Program-made: the position numbers and the translations under genes | The notes under the pieces: generated by a model | What the model was told of the DNA's origin: nothing | Databases searched by the model: none | Seen by the model: only the letters and a program-made list of their open reading frames with translations | Assembly (NCBI GenBank): GCA_963836075.1 | Contig: CAWIIB010000009.1 | Location: 3,170,602-3,234,601 of the forward strand | DNA from: an uncultured Acidobacteriota bacterium | GTDB lineage: Bacteria; Acidobacteriota; JAQAZP01 | Length of the DNA: 64,000 bases | Direction: 5' to 3' | Shown: positions 63,946-64,000 of the stretch, in pieces | Position numbering within the stretch: position 1 is the first letter of the stretch | Layout of the letters: every line of letters starts with the position of its first letter

Positions 63946-64000
63946 ATGAGGAGAGTTTTTGCACTCCTGCTGGTTGCCGTCGTGTTCTGCGCTCTTGCCG
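63946..64000 (+). CDS. Start of an exported protein (signal peptide only; continues beyond the window)
   Basis: ATG 63946 follows TGGAGGAAC. Translation MRRVFALLLVAVVFCALA. Confidence 0.5.
   Translation, partial: MRRVFALLLVAVVFCALA

Overview
This is a GC-rich bacterial chromosomal segment with strong GC3 skew, which produces long antisense shadow ORFs. The organism is a diderm, judged from lipoproteins, an outer-membrane beta-barrel protein and TolB-type proteins. I support about 47 protein-coding genes. I saw no rRNA, tRNA, CRISPR array, transposase, integrase or phage genes. All family calls come from reading translated motifs by eye; no searches were run.

Main content, in window order:
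- Envelope hydrolases: a chromate transporter, then two lipoprotein 'sulfatase-like' enzymes that lack the formylglycine motif, one coupled to an NPP-type phosphodiesterase.
- DNA repair: an 1821-aa tandem UvrA-UvrA fusion.
- Cyanophycin locus: cyanophycinase, a CphA2-like synthetase, isoaspartyl dipeptidase and a C-terminally truncated CphA.
- Coupled operon: a TPPII-like S8 peptidase, a sulfatase-like enzyme and a polyprenol-P-mannose synthase.
- GT-C glycosyltransferases: six membrane paralogues with TMTC-like, DUF2723/TMEM260-like, ArnT/PMT_2-like and unassigned architectures.
- A radical-SAM-derived protein with no CxxxCxxC motif but a PqqD-like C-terminus, translationally coupled to two of those GT-C genes.
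- An orphan BamA/Oah-like ring hydrolase.
- A transglutaminase-core plus FG-GAP-repeat secreted protein, next to a membrane GAF-PP2C sensor.
- An ECF sigma / anti-sigma / TPR / TolB-like module.
- Many peptidases (S51, IadA, S8, S41, S9, M20, M49-like).
- Housekeeping genes: pgi, a Sir2 deacetylase, agmatinase, nifS-iscU and glyA.

Three genes look disrupted: the REC-HD-GYP regulator, a sulfatase remnant and a PepSY-like gene.

The leads most worth following are the RRE-bearing radical-SAM pseudoenzyme with its GT-C operon, the dense GT-C/mannose-donor gene set, the atypical two-synthetase cyanophycin locus and the UvrA tandem fusion.
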